From NCBI GenBank assembly GCA_963735035.1, contig CAVTJJ010000004.1, forward strand, positions 1,376,001 through 1,440,000: a stretch of DNA of 64,000 nucleotides, in the 5' to 3' direction. The notes under the pieces are model-generated. The model worked only from the letters and a program-made list of their open reading frames with translations, did not search any database and was not told where the DNA came from. The DNA comes from an uncultured candidate division Zixibacteria bacterium (GTDB lineage Bacteria > Zixibacteria > MSB-5A5 > GN15 > FEB-12). This document shows positions 35,327 to 44,976 of this stretch, piece after piece. The position numbers were made by a program, and so were the translations under genes. Positions within the stretch are counted from its first letter, which is position 1. Every line of letters starts with the position of its first letter.

Positions 35327-35803
35327 ATGCCAGTAGAAAGAAAACCGATTATCGCCATCGTGGGGGCCGGCAAGTGTTCCAAGAAGCTCAGGGACAAAGC
35401 TGCCTTGGTCGCCCGGCAAGTAGTGAAGAATGGCGGTATCATCGTCTGCGGAGGCATGGGGGGTATCATGGAAGGGGCAGCTCGGGGTGCGTGGGAAGGC
35501 GGCGGCGTGTCGATCGGCATTTTGCCTTCGGAAGATCGAAAAGACGCCAACAAATTTGTAACGTTTGCCATTCCGACCGGCTTCGGAGAGGCTCGCAATC
35601 TTATGGTCATTCGCGCGGCTGACGCAGTAGTTGCGTTTCCCGGCAAGTTCGGTACTCTGTCCGAGATGGCGTTTGCGCTAAAAATCGGCAAACCGCTAAT
35701 CTCTATCGCGGCCTGGAAATTGGGCGAAGGCATCATCCAGCTCGATGACGCTGTTGAGGCCGCGGACAAAGCGCTGGAACTGGCCAAAGCCGCCATGGAA
35801 TGA
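35327..35803 (+). CDS. LOG/SLOG family protein (TIGR00725-like)
   Basis: CGGMGGIMEG, GILP, TGFGEARN, GTLSE. Confidence 0.88.
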   Translation: MPVERKPIIAIVGAGKCSKKLRDKAALVARQVVKNGGIIVCGGMGGIMEGAARGAWEGGGVSIGILPSEDRKDANKFVTFAIPTGFGEARNLMVIRAADAVVAFPGKFGTLSEMAFALKIGKPLISIAAWKLGEGIIQLDDAVEAADKALELAKAAME

Positions 35804-36075
35804 GCCGTCGCAAGGTCGAAATCTTTATCTCCGGGGTAGTCCAAGGAGTCGGATTTCGTTACTTCGTTTGTCATCAGGCGCAGGACCTGGGGGTGGTCGG
35901 CTTGGTCAGGAATCTTCCTGACGGCCGCTTGATGATTACTGCCGAGGGGGATCAGGAGCAGTTGGATGCATTCATCGACGACGTAAAATCCGGTCCAAGG
36001 TCGGCCGTGGTCGAAGACGTTGCGATTCGCTGGACTATGGCCGAGGGCCGTTTCACTTCTTTCAATATGATGTGA
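35800..36075 (+). CDS. acyP: Acylphosphatase
   Basis: SGVVQGVGFR, VRNLPDGR. Confidence 0.93.
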   Translation: MSRRKVEIFISGVVQGVGFRYFVCHQAQDLGVVGLVRNLPDGRLMITAEGDQEQLDAFIDDVKSGPRSAVVEDVAIRWTMAEGRFTSFNMM

Positions 36076-36080
36076 GTGTT

Positions 36081-36607
36081 ATGACTGATCTGAAGCAGTT
36101 CATACGCGAAGTGCCCAACTTTCCCAAGCCGGGGATCAACTTCTACGACATCTCCACGCTTCTGCAGAACGAGACCGGTTTCGGGCTCGCGCTCGACCAG
36201 ATGGAAGAATACGCAGTGAGCCGAGGGGCCGAAAAGATTGTCGCCATTGAGGCGCGCGGGTTCGTGTTCGGCGCCGCTCTGGCCGACCGAATGAATATCG
36301 GTCTGGTGATCGCCCGCAAGCCGGGCAAGCTGCCCTACAAGACTTTCTCCCAGGAATACGCTCTCGAATACGGCACCGACAGCATCGAGATCCATATCGA
36401 CGCCGTCGACAAGGGAGAGCGCGTGTTGTTGGTCGATGATCTTGATTGCTACCGGCGGGACTCTCGCCGCCGCCTGCAAGCTGGTTGAGAAAGATGGGCG
36501 GACAGGTGGTAGGAATTTCATCGGTGATCAGTCTGGATTTCCTGCCGTATCGAGAAAAGCTCAAAGGGTACGACATCAACTATCTGATCTCGTACGATTC
36601 GGAATAA
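36081..36607 (+). pseudogene. apt: Adenine phosphoribosyltransferase with two +1 frameshifts (probably sequencing indels)
   Basis: FPKPGINFYD, EARGF, LEYGT; removing one T near 36442 and one A near 36491 restores VDDLIATGGT..EKMGGQVVG..YDSE* (174 aa). Confidence 0.88.
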
Positions 36608-36671
36608 TCTTCCGGTCGAACTCTCCTTGCCAATATCAGGCGTGCGGTGTAGATTCCGGCGCGTCTTACAT

Positions 36672-36745
36672 GCCCCCGTAGCTCAGTTGGATAGAGCAGC
36701 GGTTTCCTAAACCGTTTGTCGCAGGTTCGATTCCTGTCGGGGGTA
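36672..36745 (+). tRNA. tRNA-Arg(CCT)
   Basis: Anticodon arm GCGGT-TTCCTAA-ACCGT, GGTTCGATTCC; CCA not encoded. Confidence 0.96.
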
Positions 36746-36848
36746 TTTCTACAGAGCATCAAACACTGGCGGGAAGCCGAACCTTTTTTCCCCACGATTT
36801 GTAGAAGGACTATCACTGGTATTTGGCATTCTGTGACGAGGTGGTGAA

Positions 36849-37673
36849 ATGGGTGAAAGTCCGTCGCGAGCCGCGAATTGGCGAATTTGCATACTCTTCA
36901 GCTTGATCGGGGTATTGTGTGGATGTGAGCCTTCATACCACGTCGCACCGGCAGACGAATTCAGCTCGAAGTATAGTTGGGCCTGGCCAGTTGACACGCT
37001 CGGGCCGTATGTCTTTACGATCAAGCTTGGCGAGGACGAATCTGTCATACGAGTGGACTCCTCAGATTTTCTGAGAGGATCGGTGACTTCATCATACTAT
37101 TCCAAAGCAGGGGCACCTCGCGATTGGTCGCTGGTTCCTGGATTAAGGATTGATTCCGTAAAGCTCGGCTTCGCAGGGGATCAGCCGGGCTTGTTCTTCA
37201 CTTTCCATGAGTATCCAGCTTCTTTTCGCACCGACGATAGCTGTTTCTTTTCCGGACCTGGTATACGTCTCAATCCTCTCGCTTTGCCAGATGATCAAGT
37301 GCCGCTCGCATATACCGTTGTTGCCAGTCTTAGTCAGTCTGGGACAGATTCAGTTCTGACAAGGCGTGTTTATCATCACACTCTCAAGTCAGATGGTCAG
37401 CCCGGAGCCCGGATGCGAAACATTGCGTCTTCGTACCGCTGGCCATTCGGGCCAACCAACTTGATTTCCTATGAAGTTCCAGATTCCTGTGCGGTCAACT
37501 GTGTGGTGTACAACGTCACAGGCCAGGCAGTCGATACCCTTGTGGACGAAGTCCTGCCGCCGGGACTCTATCAGGTTAACTTGTATGATATCAACATGCC
37601 AAGCGGAGTCTTCTTCGCCAAGTGGATCATCTGTGGAGCCACTGAGACCAAGAAGCTTCTGTTTCTCCGGTAA
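36849..37673 (+). CDS. Hypothetical secreted protein with a T9SS type-A/FlgD-like C-terminal domain
   Basis: Lipobox-like LCGC; C-terminus ISY..VYNVTGQAVDTLV..PSGVFF..TKKLLFLR. Confidence 0.72.
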   Translation: MGESPSRAANWRICILFSLIGVLCGCEPSYHVAPADEFSSKYSWAWPVDTLGPYVFTIKLGEDESVIRVDSSDFLRGSVTSSYYSKAGAPRDWSLVPGLRIDSVKLGFAGDQPGLFFTFHEYPASFRTDDSCFFSGPGIRLNPLALPDDQVPLAYTVVASLSQSGTDSVLTRRVYHHTLKSDGQPGARMRNIASSYRWPFGPTNLISYEVPDSCAVNCVVYNVTGQAVDTLVDEVLPPGLYQVNLYDINMPSGVFFAKWIICGATETKKLLFLR

Positions 37674-37808
37674 TTGATTAACAAATGCATGTAGGGCCGT
37701 CTCTTGAGTCGGCCTCCAGAGAACTTTCTAAACAACGCGAACTCCAGTGTCGATAAATGGGTATCAGAGTTATTCAGGCTCAGAAGCACTTTGCCCTGAG
37801 TCTATAAC

Positions 37809-38489
37809 ATGGAGGTGAAAATGATTCGCTATTTCTCATTGGCAATCGCCGCGTTTGTGGCCCTGGTAGGTTTCGCGTCTGCCAGTCAGGCTGGAGTCCA
37901 GGTCAACGTTTCGGCCGATCAGGACGGCATCAAAAGCTTCTATCTGGAGATCGGCGAACAGTACCGCGTGCCGGAGAAGGAAGTAGTCGTCATCAGGGAA
38001 CGCAGGATTCCCGACGATGAACTCCCGGTCGTGTTCTTTCTGGCCCGCCATGCCAGCGTCGAACCCGATGTCATCGTTACCATGAGACTGGGCGGCCAGT
38101 CGTGGATGGACATTGCCTTGCACTATCGCCTCTTGCCGGAAATCTTCTATGTCCAATTCGATCGCGATCCCGGTCCGCCCTACGGCCGCGCCTGGGGTCA
38201 TTTCAAGCATCACAAACGCTCTGAGTGGAAAGAAATCCGGCTCGAAGATGACGATATCGTCAACCTGGTGGACCTGAAGTTCGTCTCGGAGCGGTACGGG
38301 TGCACGCCGATGGAGGTTGTCCGGTTGCGCGAGAAAGAGAACAGCTTCGTGGTCATCCATCGCGACATTAGAGCCGAGAAGGAGCACTCGAAAGTGCGCT
38401 CCAAAGAGCATTCGAAACATAAGTCGAAATCTGAAGGTTCTTCGGAACATGGCCACGGCCATGGCAACGGCAATGGCGATCACGATTAG
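37809..38489 (+). CDS. Hypothetical secreted protein with a GPPYGRAWGH motif and His/Gly-rich tail
   Basis: Signal peptide; GGAGGT RBS suggests the start is ATG 37821. Confidence 0.8.
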   Translation: MEVKMIRYFSLAIAAFVALVGFASASQAGVQVNVSADQDGIKSFYLEIGEQYRVPEKEVVVIRERRIPDDELPVVFFLARHASVEPDVIVTMRLGGQSWMDIALHYRLLPEIFYVQFDRDPGPPYGRAWGHFKHHKRSEWKEIRLEDDDIVNLVDLKFVSERYGCTPMEVVRLREKENSFVVIHRDIRAEKEHSKVRSKEHSKHKSKSEGSSEHGHGHGNGNGDHD

Positions 38490-38514
38490 AAGCTGAAGAC
38501 AATCTATTGGCATT

Positions 38515-38549
38515 CAAGAGCCGGCCTTCGAGTCGGCTCTTGGCGTTTT
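38515..38549 (+). terminator. Terminator-like hairpin
   Basis: CAAGAGCCGGC-loop-GTCGGCTCTTG, weak T-tract. Confidence 0.55.
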
Positions 38550-38609
38550 GGGCCTCGAACATGTCCATGTCATTCGTGACATGACCACAGTGTGATCCCG
38601 GAAAGATGC

Positions 38610-38638
38610 TTGACACACCCGTGGTCGTAGTTTATGCT
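38610..38638 (+). promoter_or_regulatory. sigma70-type promoter
   Basis: TTGACA-17 nt-TATGCT upstream of 38674. Confidence 0.6.
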
Positions 38639-38673
38639 GTTCAAAACGATCCTGCAATTCCGGAGGTATCACC

Positions 38674-40707
38674 TTGCGCGCAGCGATTACAATAATATTC
38701 ATTGCTGCTCTGTTACCGGGGGCGGCCGTCAATGCTACCGTATTTTCGTCCCAGGAATGGGGAACTATAACTCCCGAGGAGCGCCAACTCCAGGCGCCCG
38801 CTGGGTCTCCGGATGCCGGTTCCGTCTTCATTTTTGACAAAGGGATGGTGGTGACCGAATTCGACGGTCCGCAGTTGAAGCGGCACGTTCGCATCAAGAT
38901 TCTTAATTCGTCGGTCATTCCCAGACTAAATCCGATCGTTATAGAAAGCGTGTGGTATGACGAGATTTTCGACGTCGAAGCGCTCGTCCACCGTGCGGAC
39001 GGCACTCAGATCAATATCGACAAAAAGAACATCACCGAATTCAAGGACGAAACCAGGCGTACTCGAACCATTACATTTCCCGACCTGAAGGCGGGAGACA
39101 TAATCGAGTACCGGTATGCGATCCTGTACTACGGTGGCTATGACAAGCTGGGAGCAGAGAAGTATTTTCTGTTCAGTCAGTCCGTCAGTTGGCGATGGGT
39201 CAAGAGTCGCAAGAGCAAAGTAATAGACTATGACGATCCGGATTTGCAGAGAGTTGCCAATATTCCGGCGTGGTATTTCGACAACTTCGGGCCCACGCTT
39301 TTTTCTCAATACATAGCTAAGATAGGAGCAAACCTCGACTACACCTGCGTGCCTTCCAACGTACCGAGGGATAAACAGGTTCCGGAGTCGCATCGGGGCA
39401 AGGGAATCATTGATCGCGTTTACGTCTATTACACGTGGACACTCGAAGACGTCCCGGCCATTCGTCCTGAACCGTTCATGGCCCGTCCGAACGACTTCCG
39501 CCCTTCGCTGCATTTTGATCTATTTTCCAGTCCGGGTGAAAACCGAATTATCTTGGGAACCGTTTCGGATGGCCACTGGAACTATGTTGGAAAGAACTTC
39601 CAAGGGTATCTCAGCATGTATGTGGGAAAGCAGCGCGAGATACGAAGTGAGACAGCTAAGATTCTCGCGGGGCAGACTTCCGACGAAAGCAAAGCAGGGC
39701 GACTCTATGGGTACGTTCGCGACAACTATTCTTTCGACAGTTCGGGTTATCGGATGAGGTCATCCAATAAGAATCTGGCCGAATTCAGGAAGAAGAAGTC
39801 AGGATCGCCCTTCGAGATGAATATTCTGTTGGTTGAAATGCTGAAGGCGGCGGATATCGATGCTTGGCCGGTGTTGATAAATACCCGTGGCGAAGCCGAT
39901 TTTCATCGCACCGGCCGATTCAATCATATTATCGTCTTTGCGAAAATGGATGCAGGCTCACTCTATCTCGATGCCTCTTCGAAAACCGGCCGCTATGGGG
40001 TCCTGCCGCCGCCATGTTTGGTAGACGAGGGTGTGTTGGTGGATTTCGACAACTCGCAACTTCAGCGGGTATTGTCGCCCGCTCAGGACAGCTATCGAGT
40101 AGATTCGATGCGTCTCAGTCTGGACGGCACCGGCTGCGCAGCCGTCTCAAGAGTATCCTCACTCAGTGGTTACCCGGCCATGGAACTCGGGCTACATCTG
40201 GCGCCGTTCGCAGGGGCACGGCCGAAACCGGACATTCGATTGGTGCTGTCTGACCTGATTACATCAGAGAAGATGCGCTGGAATTGTGATAGTCTTGGAT
40301 TCTGCACGGTCGAAACTGATTTGCCGGCCGGTGCTTCGCCGTCGTCTGCGAGTGAAGGTATGACTATGCCCATAGCCTCATGGCTTAATTCAAATCCACT
40401 TCCCGCTGAAGAGCGCAAACAACCAGTAGATTTCGTCTATCCTTTCAAGTACGAAAGTACCGCCATTTTCTCCGGGAGTGACAGTGTGATGTCGATTGTC
40501 AAAGCCAACGATGTCGCCTTTGGGATAGCCGGGGCGTCGTTCCTGCGTGAGACTCGACAACTCGGCGATTCGGTGGGTGTTACGGTACGGCTGGTGATTG
40601 AGAAGCCAGTTTTCCCGGTGGCCGAATACAGCGCCCTGAGAGGTTTGTTCGAGAAGGCCGTCACAGCTTGCTCCAAGCCCATCTTCCCGGCGGTTGCGAA
40701 GCCGTAA
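38674..40707 (+). CDS. DUF3857/transglutaminase-like domain secreted protein
   Basis: HVRIKIL, FPDLKAGDIIEYRY, FNHII..YLDAS; TTG start after GGAGGT. Confidence 0.8.
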   Translation: MRAAITIIFIAALLPGAAVNATVFSSQEWGTITPEERQLQAPAGSPDAGSVFIFDKGMVVTEFDGPQLKRHVRIKILNSSVIPRLNPIVIESVWYDEIFDVEALVHRADGTQINIDKKNITEFKDETRRTRTITFPDLKAGDIIEYRYAILYYGGYDKLGAEKYFLFSQSVSWRWVKSRKSKVIDYDDPDLQRVANIPAWYFDNFGPTLFSQYIAKIGANLDYTCVPSNVPRDKQVPESHRGKGIIDRVYVYYTWTLEDVPAIRPEPFMARPNDFRPSLHFDLFSSPGENRIILGTVSDGHWNYVGKNFQGYLSMYVGKQREIRSETAKILAGQTSDESKAGRLYGYVRDNYSFDSSGYRMRSSNKNLAEFRKKKSGSPFEMNILLVEMLKAADIDAWPVLINTRGEADFHRTGRFNHIIVFAKMDAGSLYLDASSKTGRYGVLPPPCLVDEGVLVDFDNSQLQRVLSPAQDSYRVDSMRLSLDGTGCAAVSRVSSLSGYPAMELGLHLAPFAGARPKPDIRLVLSDLITSEKMRWNCDSLGFCTVETDLPAGASPSSASEGMTMPIASWLNSNPLPAEERKQPVDFVYPFKYESTAIFSGSDSVMSIVKANDVAFGIAGASFLRETRQLGDSVGVTVRLVIEKPVFPVAEYSALRGLFEKAVTACSKPIFPAVAKP

Positions 40708-40807
40708 GACCTAGAGGCCTGCAGAAAACTACCTCGCGAAGGCTGTAACGTCAGGTCTTACGGTCCGTCCGCTTGAGGCGAAGCGGGAGCGTTTGGCTCG
40801 GCCGCGC

Positions 40808-40833
40808 TGCAACATCTTTCAATCCCCTGCGTA
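40808..40833 (+). promoter_or_regulatory. ECF sigma (SigW-like) promoter candidate
   Basis: TGCAAC-16 nt-CGTA upstream of the DUF4097-like gene. Confidence 0.45.
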
Positions 40834-40924
40834 ACTCCAGGTAGCACGACCTTCGATAGACACGGTCGCTCTGGCGGCCGCGGTTACTATCGTATTACGG
40901 GAAGATTCGACAGCGGAGGCAACT

Positions 40925-41833
40925 ATGAGACTTTCCTGGATCGGCGGCCTGACATTGGCGGGCCTGGCAATGTGTCTGGCTCCCGGCACTCGGGCAGATG
41001 ATCAGATCGAAACCCACGCCTACAGCGGCATCAAGATCATCAAAATCAACACTACCAGCGGCGAATGCATCGTAAGAAAGGGGACCGACAATCAAGTCAA
41101 GGTCGAGGTGACCTGGTCATACCGGCCTCACGAATCGTACGAGCCGCGCTTTTCGGACCGGGGAGAGGTCCTCAAGTTGTCCGAAGAAATCTATGAATCC
41201 AACTCCGGCTATTCCAAGTGGACCCTGACAATTCCGGACAGTGTGGAGATTCGGTTCAATTCCGCATCGGGAGGACTTGATGTCGCCGACTGGGCGGGCG
41301 AAATCTCCGGACAGACGGCTTCCGGTGATTTCCGGATGGACAAATGCCAAGGTGATTTCAGTCTCAGTTCCGCCTCGGGGAACGTCGAAATGTTTTCCTG
41401 CAATGGCGAGTTTTCCGTCAGCACCGCGTCAGGTGATATCCAACTGATAGAATGTACGGGAAAGTTCGAGACAAGCAGTGCCTCAGGCGATGTTGAAGCC
41501 GAAGCGGCGACAATCGATGCGCCCAGCTCGTTTTCCGCCGCCTCGGGCTCAGTGGACGTATCGCTGGCCAAGCCGGTGACCCACGATCTGGTACTATCCA
41601 GCGCCTCTGGCGATGCCGGACTCAACTTTGGCGGTAACCCGATACAAGGATATTTCGAATTCCAGACCAGATATCGTACTGGCCATATTGAGGCGCCATT
41701 CTCGTTCGATGATGAAGAAGAGTTCCGTGATCACGGCGACCGGTACGTCCGCAAATGGTTCACCCGGGGAGGGGAGAAGCCGGAGATATTTATCCAAACC
41801 GCTTCCGGCACGGCGGCTCTGACCGAACGCTGA
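40925..41833 (+). CDS. DUF4097-like beta-strand repeat secreted protein
   Basis: Signal peptide; repeated (S/T)ASG(D/N) units. Confidence 0.82.
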   Translation: MRLSWIGGLTLAGLAMCLAPGTRADDQIETHAYSGIKIIKINTTSGECIVRKGTDNQVKVEVTWSYRPHESYEPRFSDRGEVLKLSEEIYESNSGYSKWTLTIPDSVEIRFNSASGGLDVADWAGEISGQTASGDFRMDKCQGDFSLSSASGNVEMFSCNGEFSVSTASGDIQLIECTGKFETSSASGDVEAEAATIDAPSSFSAASGSVDVSLAKPVTHDLVLSSASGDAGLNFGGNPIQGYFEFQTRYRTGHIEAPFSFDDEEEFRDHGDRYVRKWFTRGGEKPEIFIQTASGTAALTER

Positions 41834-41900
41834 CAGAGATCATTTCCGTTCGCCATCCGCGAAACGGTGAAGTGTCAATGAATACAAAATCTATCCGCAT

Positions 41901-41936
41901 AAAATAAGCGGGGCGGCCATTCCGGCCGCCCCGCTT
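41901..41936 (-). terminator. Terminator between convergent genes
   Basis: Perfect 13-bp stem AAGCGGGGCGGCC/GGCCGCCCCGCTT, T-tract on the - strand. Confidence 0.8.
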
Positions 41937-41956
41937 GACTAACCAAACCCGCCGCG

Positions 41957-42085
41957 TTATCTCTTCTTGTGCAGATGGCACAACTTCGCCGGCGGCGCTA
42001 CCATCCGCTTGCACTTCTTGCCTTCCTTGGTCTTCCCGGTGCAGCGGATCATCTTCTTTGCTACTTTCTTCTTAGTCTTACGCAT
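41957..42085 (-). CDS. 42-aa basic microprotein with a C-x9-C-x10-C-x2-H motif (DUF5763-like)
   Basis: MRKTKKKVAKKMIRCTGKTKEGKKCKRMVAPPAKLCHLHKKR; GGAGGT RBS, downstream terminator. Confidence 0.75.
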   Translation of the reverse strand: MRKTKKKVAKKMIRCTGKTKEGKKCKRMVAPPAKLCHLHKKR

Positions 42086-42283
42086 TGCTGGACCTCCATG
42101 ATCCAAAAGGTTAACGACATCCATACCTAACATCCCCCATCTATTGAGCGTCAACTAAAAAAGACAGGTTACTACATAAATTAATTTGGATGAACTCCCT
42201 GATCATTCCCGGGCGGACACAGGCAGGCAGGATGCATCCATCTTCTAATGTGGTAGGCATGAGACGAACAGTGACGTCAGTGT

Positions 42284-43090
42284 CTATCGATGGCGCCGGA
42301 TGCTGCCCGAACCGGCTATATTACGGTCGTCGTCTTCAGGATTTCCATAGACATCAATGTCGCCGCTTCCAAAGATTCGACCCTCGAACGAATCCTGTGC
42401 GAAGACGCTTATATCACCGGAGCCTCGAACTTCAGCCGAGGCAATGGCGGCTTCAAGGCCGGCGGCATCAATATCGCCGGAACCGGCAATCATGCAGTCA
42501 ATTTCAGTGGTTTTGCCGCGCAGGTCGACGTTGCCGGAGCCGGACATCTCAATCCGGACGGTCTCGGCCGCCAGATCGCCTGAAGCCACGCTACCTGAAC
42601 CGGCTATCGATATCCGTAGGTTCTTGATCTGTCCATCAAGCTCCACGTCACCAGATCCGCCGAGTTCAATTTCAAGAGACTCGGAATTCAAACCGGCCAG
42701 ATAGACATCCCCCGAGCCGCCCACTTCCAGCATGCTCAGTCCGGGAACGGTGATTTCCACCCGCACACCTCGATGGCTGCTGAAAGATTCCTCCGACGTG
42801 ATGACCAGCGTCCGTCTTCCCGATACTTCCGTGACGATGTTGTCCTGCAGGTTGTCATCGGTGGTAACGCTCACTTGAAAGGTGTCGCCGATAGTAACAT
42901 TCAGGTCGGCCGAGCAATCCAGGTGGATACGTTCAAAGTCGGATACATCTCGTTTCTGGGTGGTGATGTTCCCGGAGCCGCGAATATGATCGTGGCCGAA
43001 GATGGACCAGCCGTCGGCTGAAGCAGATCCGGTCAGGGCGAAAAGAATTGCCAGGGCCGTCAACCCGGATACAGTGTGATTCGATTTCAT
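42284..43090 (-). CDS. DUF2807-like (head GIN domain) secreted protein
   Basis: Signal peptide, IRGSGNI, DDNLQ, repeated GSGDV/GSGDI. Confidence 0.85.
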   Translation of the reverse strand: MKSNHTVSGLTALAILFALTGSASADGWSIFGHDHIRGSGNITTQKRDVSDFERIHLDCSADLNVTIGDTFQVSVTTDDNLQDNIVTEVSGRRTLVITSEESFSSHRGVRVEITVPGLSMLEVGGSGDVYLAGLNSESLEIELGGSGDVELDGQIKNLRISIAGSGSVASGDLAAETVRIEMSGSGNVDLRGKTTEIDCMIAGSGDIDAAGLEAAIASAEVRGSGDISVFAQDSFEGRIFGSGDIDVYGNPEDDDRNIAGSGSIRRHR

Positions 43091-43122
43091 AATTAATCTC
43101 TCCTCGCGAAATTCTCAATTCA

Positions 43123-43160
43123 CTCTAATCCTTAGACTGCCTCTATCGATACAATGTTGC
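43123..43160 (-). promoter_or_regulatory. ECF sigma (SigE-like) promoter candidate
   Basis: Reverse strand reads GCAAC-18 nt-GTCTAA upstream of 43090. Confidence 0.4.
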
Positions 43161-43481
43161 GGCTGAGCCGCGAATTTTCCGGGCGGCTAAGCAAAAGCTG
43201 TCCAGAGTCTTAGGCAGTGCGGCAGCGGTGGGGGGGAGACGCCGGAGACACTCGGTATCGACAACCGGTCCTCTTACGGTGCGGCTTGCGAGTTGTCCCC
43301 GACGTGTATCTGGTTGAATTGTGGTACGTTGCGGGAACTGACGGTTAGAGGAGGAGAGTGCGATGAAATCAATTGACAAGGGCAAAACGAAGGACCTATA
43401 TTCTTTGGTTATTTTTGGAAGTGATACGTCTATAAGGTGAACTGCAAGCTTAACTGGTGTGAGAACTTAGGAGTCCGAGCG

Positions 43482-44966
43482 ATGAGAGGAATTTTAGTAA
43501 AAAGCTTTCTGGTGGGTTTCCTGCTTGTTTCTTCGGTGACTGCTCAAAATAGTGCTTTTCCGGTCCCTGACCAGCAGGGTATAGTGGAACGTGCAACGAG
43601 TCTGTTGTATTACTATCCGATCATCCGCGATTTCAGCGGTGCCGGTGCCCGGGCTAAAGGGATGGGTGGGGCTTTTCTGGGCGTTTCGGATGATAATTCT
43701 GCCGTTACGTGGAATCCGGCCGGTTTGTACCGTGCGGACGACCAATATTCTCAGCCGGTCGTAGGTCTGGGTTACAGGTCGATTTCGTCGGATGCCACTT
43801 TCCGCGATCGCATGTACCCGAATCTGCCGGTATTTCAGGCGGTCAACCAGAATGCCTTCAAGAGTGTCGATCTTATGACCCTGGTTGTGCCGGTTCGTAT
43901 CAAGGGGCACAGCTTTGTAGGGTCGATGGCTTATTCCCGGCTTGGCGACGAGTATCTGAATTCGGCTATGGGGATGAACATCATGATGCCCTTTGACAAA
44001 GTTGATACTGTTACCAACTTCTTGCGGCCGTTCTCGTATCGCTACTATACGCAGTATCAATCATGGGTGAGCGCTTACAATTTTGGTTTTGGCACCCGTA
44101 TCTATCGCAATGTATCTTTTGGTTTGGCGGTGAACGCCTACGGCGGCGGGGCCGCCGGGAGCGTGGATGAAGTTGTCGGTTGGGACAGTCTGAGTGTTTC
44201 AAATGGACAGCGCGCCAATGTTAGAGTGACGAACACGGTCGTTGATACCACCGGCTACTCCGGTATCTACCTGACCCTTGGCTTTAAGATCACTGCCGAA
44301 CGATTCAGCGGCGGCCTTGTTATCAAGACCCCGCATGTGCTGAAGGAATCAACTGACTTCTTAACCAGTACCCAGGCTAGTGCCAACGGATTTCAAATGT
44401 CCGGAAGCTTGACCAGCCGCCACAATGACGACGTCCTGATCGAAATTGACCAACCGATGGTGTTGGGGCTTGGCGCCGCCTACAAACTTCTGGAAAACTT
44501 GACAGTGGCCTGTGATTTGGAATATCGTCCTTATTCCGGTGGAATGATCAACCGGCGCGACTCTTTGCAGCTCGTTCCGGGAGGTACCAATGTTGAGTAC
44601 TTTACCGAAATAGACCCGCACTGGAATAATGTGGTCGCGCTTCGGGCGGGCACCGAATATGTGTGGAATACCGGCAAGATCCTTTTCCCGACCATACCGT
44701 TGCGGGCCGGTCTAAGTTATACCGGTCTGCCGGAGCCGGATGTGGCAGTCAAGACGATAACCGTGGACGGGGTAAGAACGGACGTCCCCGAATATAAAAA
44801 GACATCAATGATGCGGTGGGCGTTGGGAACGGGCATACATTGGACGCAGATTCACCTGGATTTTTCCTACGAGATGTTCTCATTTGATCATAAGAACGCC
44901 TTCCTCGATCAGAAGTCCTCGGTCGACAACAAAGCGTTTGACATGACTTTCACCGGGTTCTTCTAG
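43482..44966 (+). CDS. Outer-membrane beta-barrel, OmpP1/FadL-like
   Basis: GARAKGMGGAF..DD.SAVTWNPAGL, C-terminal Phe; AGGAG RBS before ATG 43482. Confidence 0.8.
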   Translation: MRGILVKSFLVGFLLVSSVTAQNSAFPVPDQQGIVERATSLLYYYPIIRDFSGAGARAKGMGGAFLGVSDDNSAVTWNPAGLYRADDQYSQPVVGLGYRSISSDATFRDRMYPNLPVFQAVNQNAFKSVDLMTLVVPVRIKGHSFVGSMAYSRLGDEYLNSAMGMNIMMPFDKVDTVTNFLRPFSYRYYTQYQSWVSAYNFGFGTRIYRNVSFGLAVNAYGGGAAGSVDEVVGWDSLSVSNGQRANVRVTNTVVDTTGYSGIYLTLGFKITAERFSGGLVIKTPHVLKESTDFLTSTQASANGFQMSGSLTSRHNDDVLIEIDQPMVLGLGAAYKLLENLTVACDLEYRPYSGGMINRRDSLQLVPGGTNVEYFTEIDPHWNNVVALRAGTEYVWNTGKILFPTIPLRAGLSYTGLPEPDVAVKTITVDGVRTDVPEYKKTSMMRWALGTGIHWTQIHLDFSYEMFSFDHKNAFLDQKSSVDNKAFDMTFTGFF

Positions 44967-44976
44967 CAGCTTACCG

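Noticed and set aside
35176..36745. Two tRNAs lacking an encoded CCA
   Set aside because: Common in bacteria with CCA-adding enzymes
36746..37700. Integrated element at tRNA-Arg(CCT)
   Set aside because: No integrase and no duplicated tRNA 3' end seen in the window
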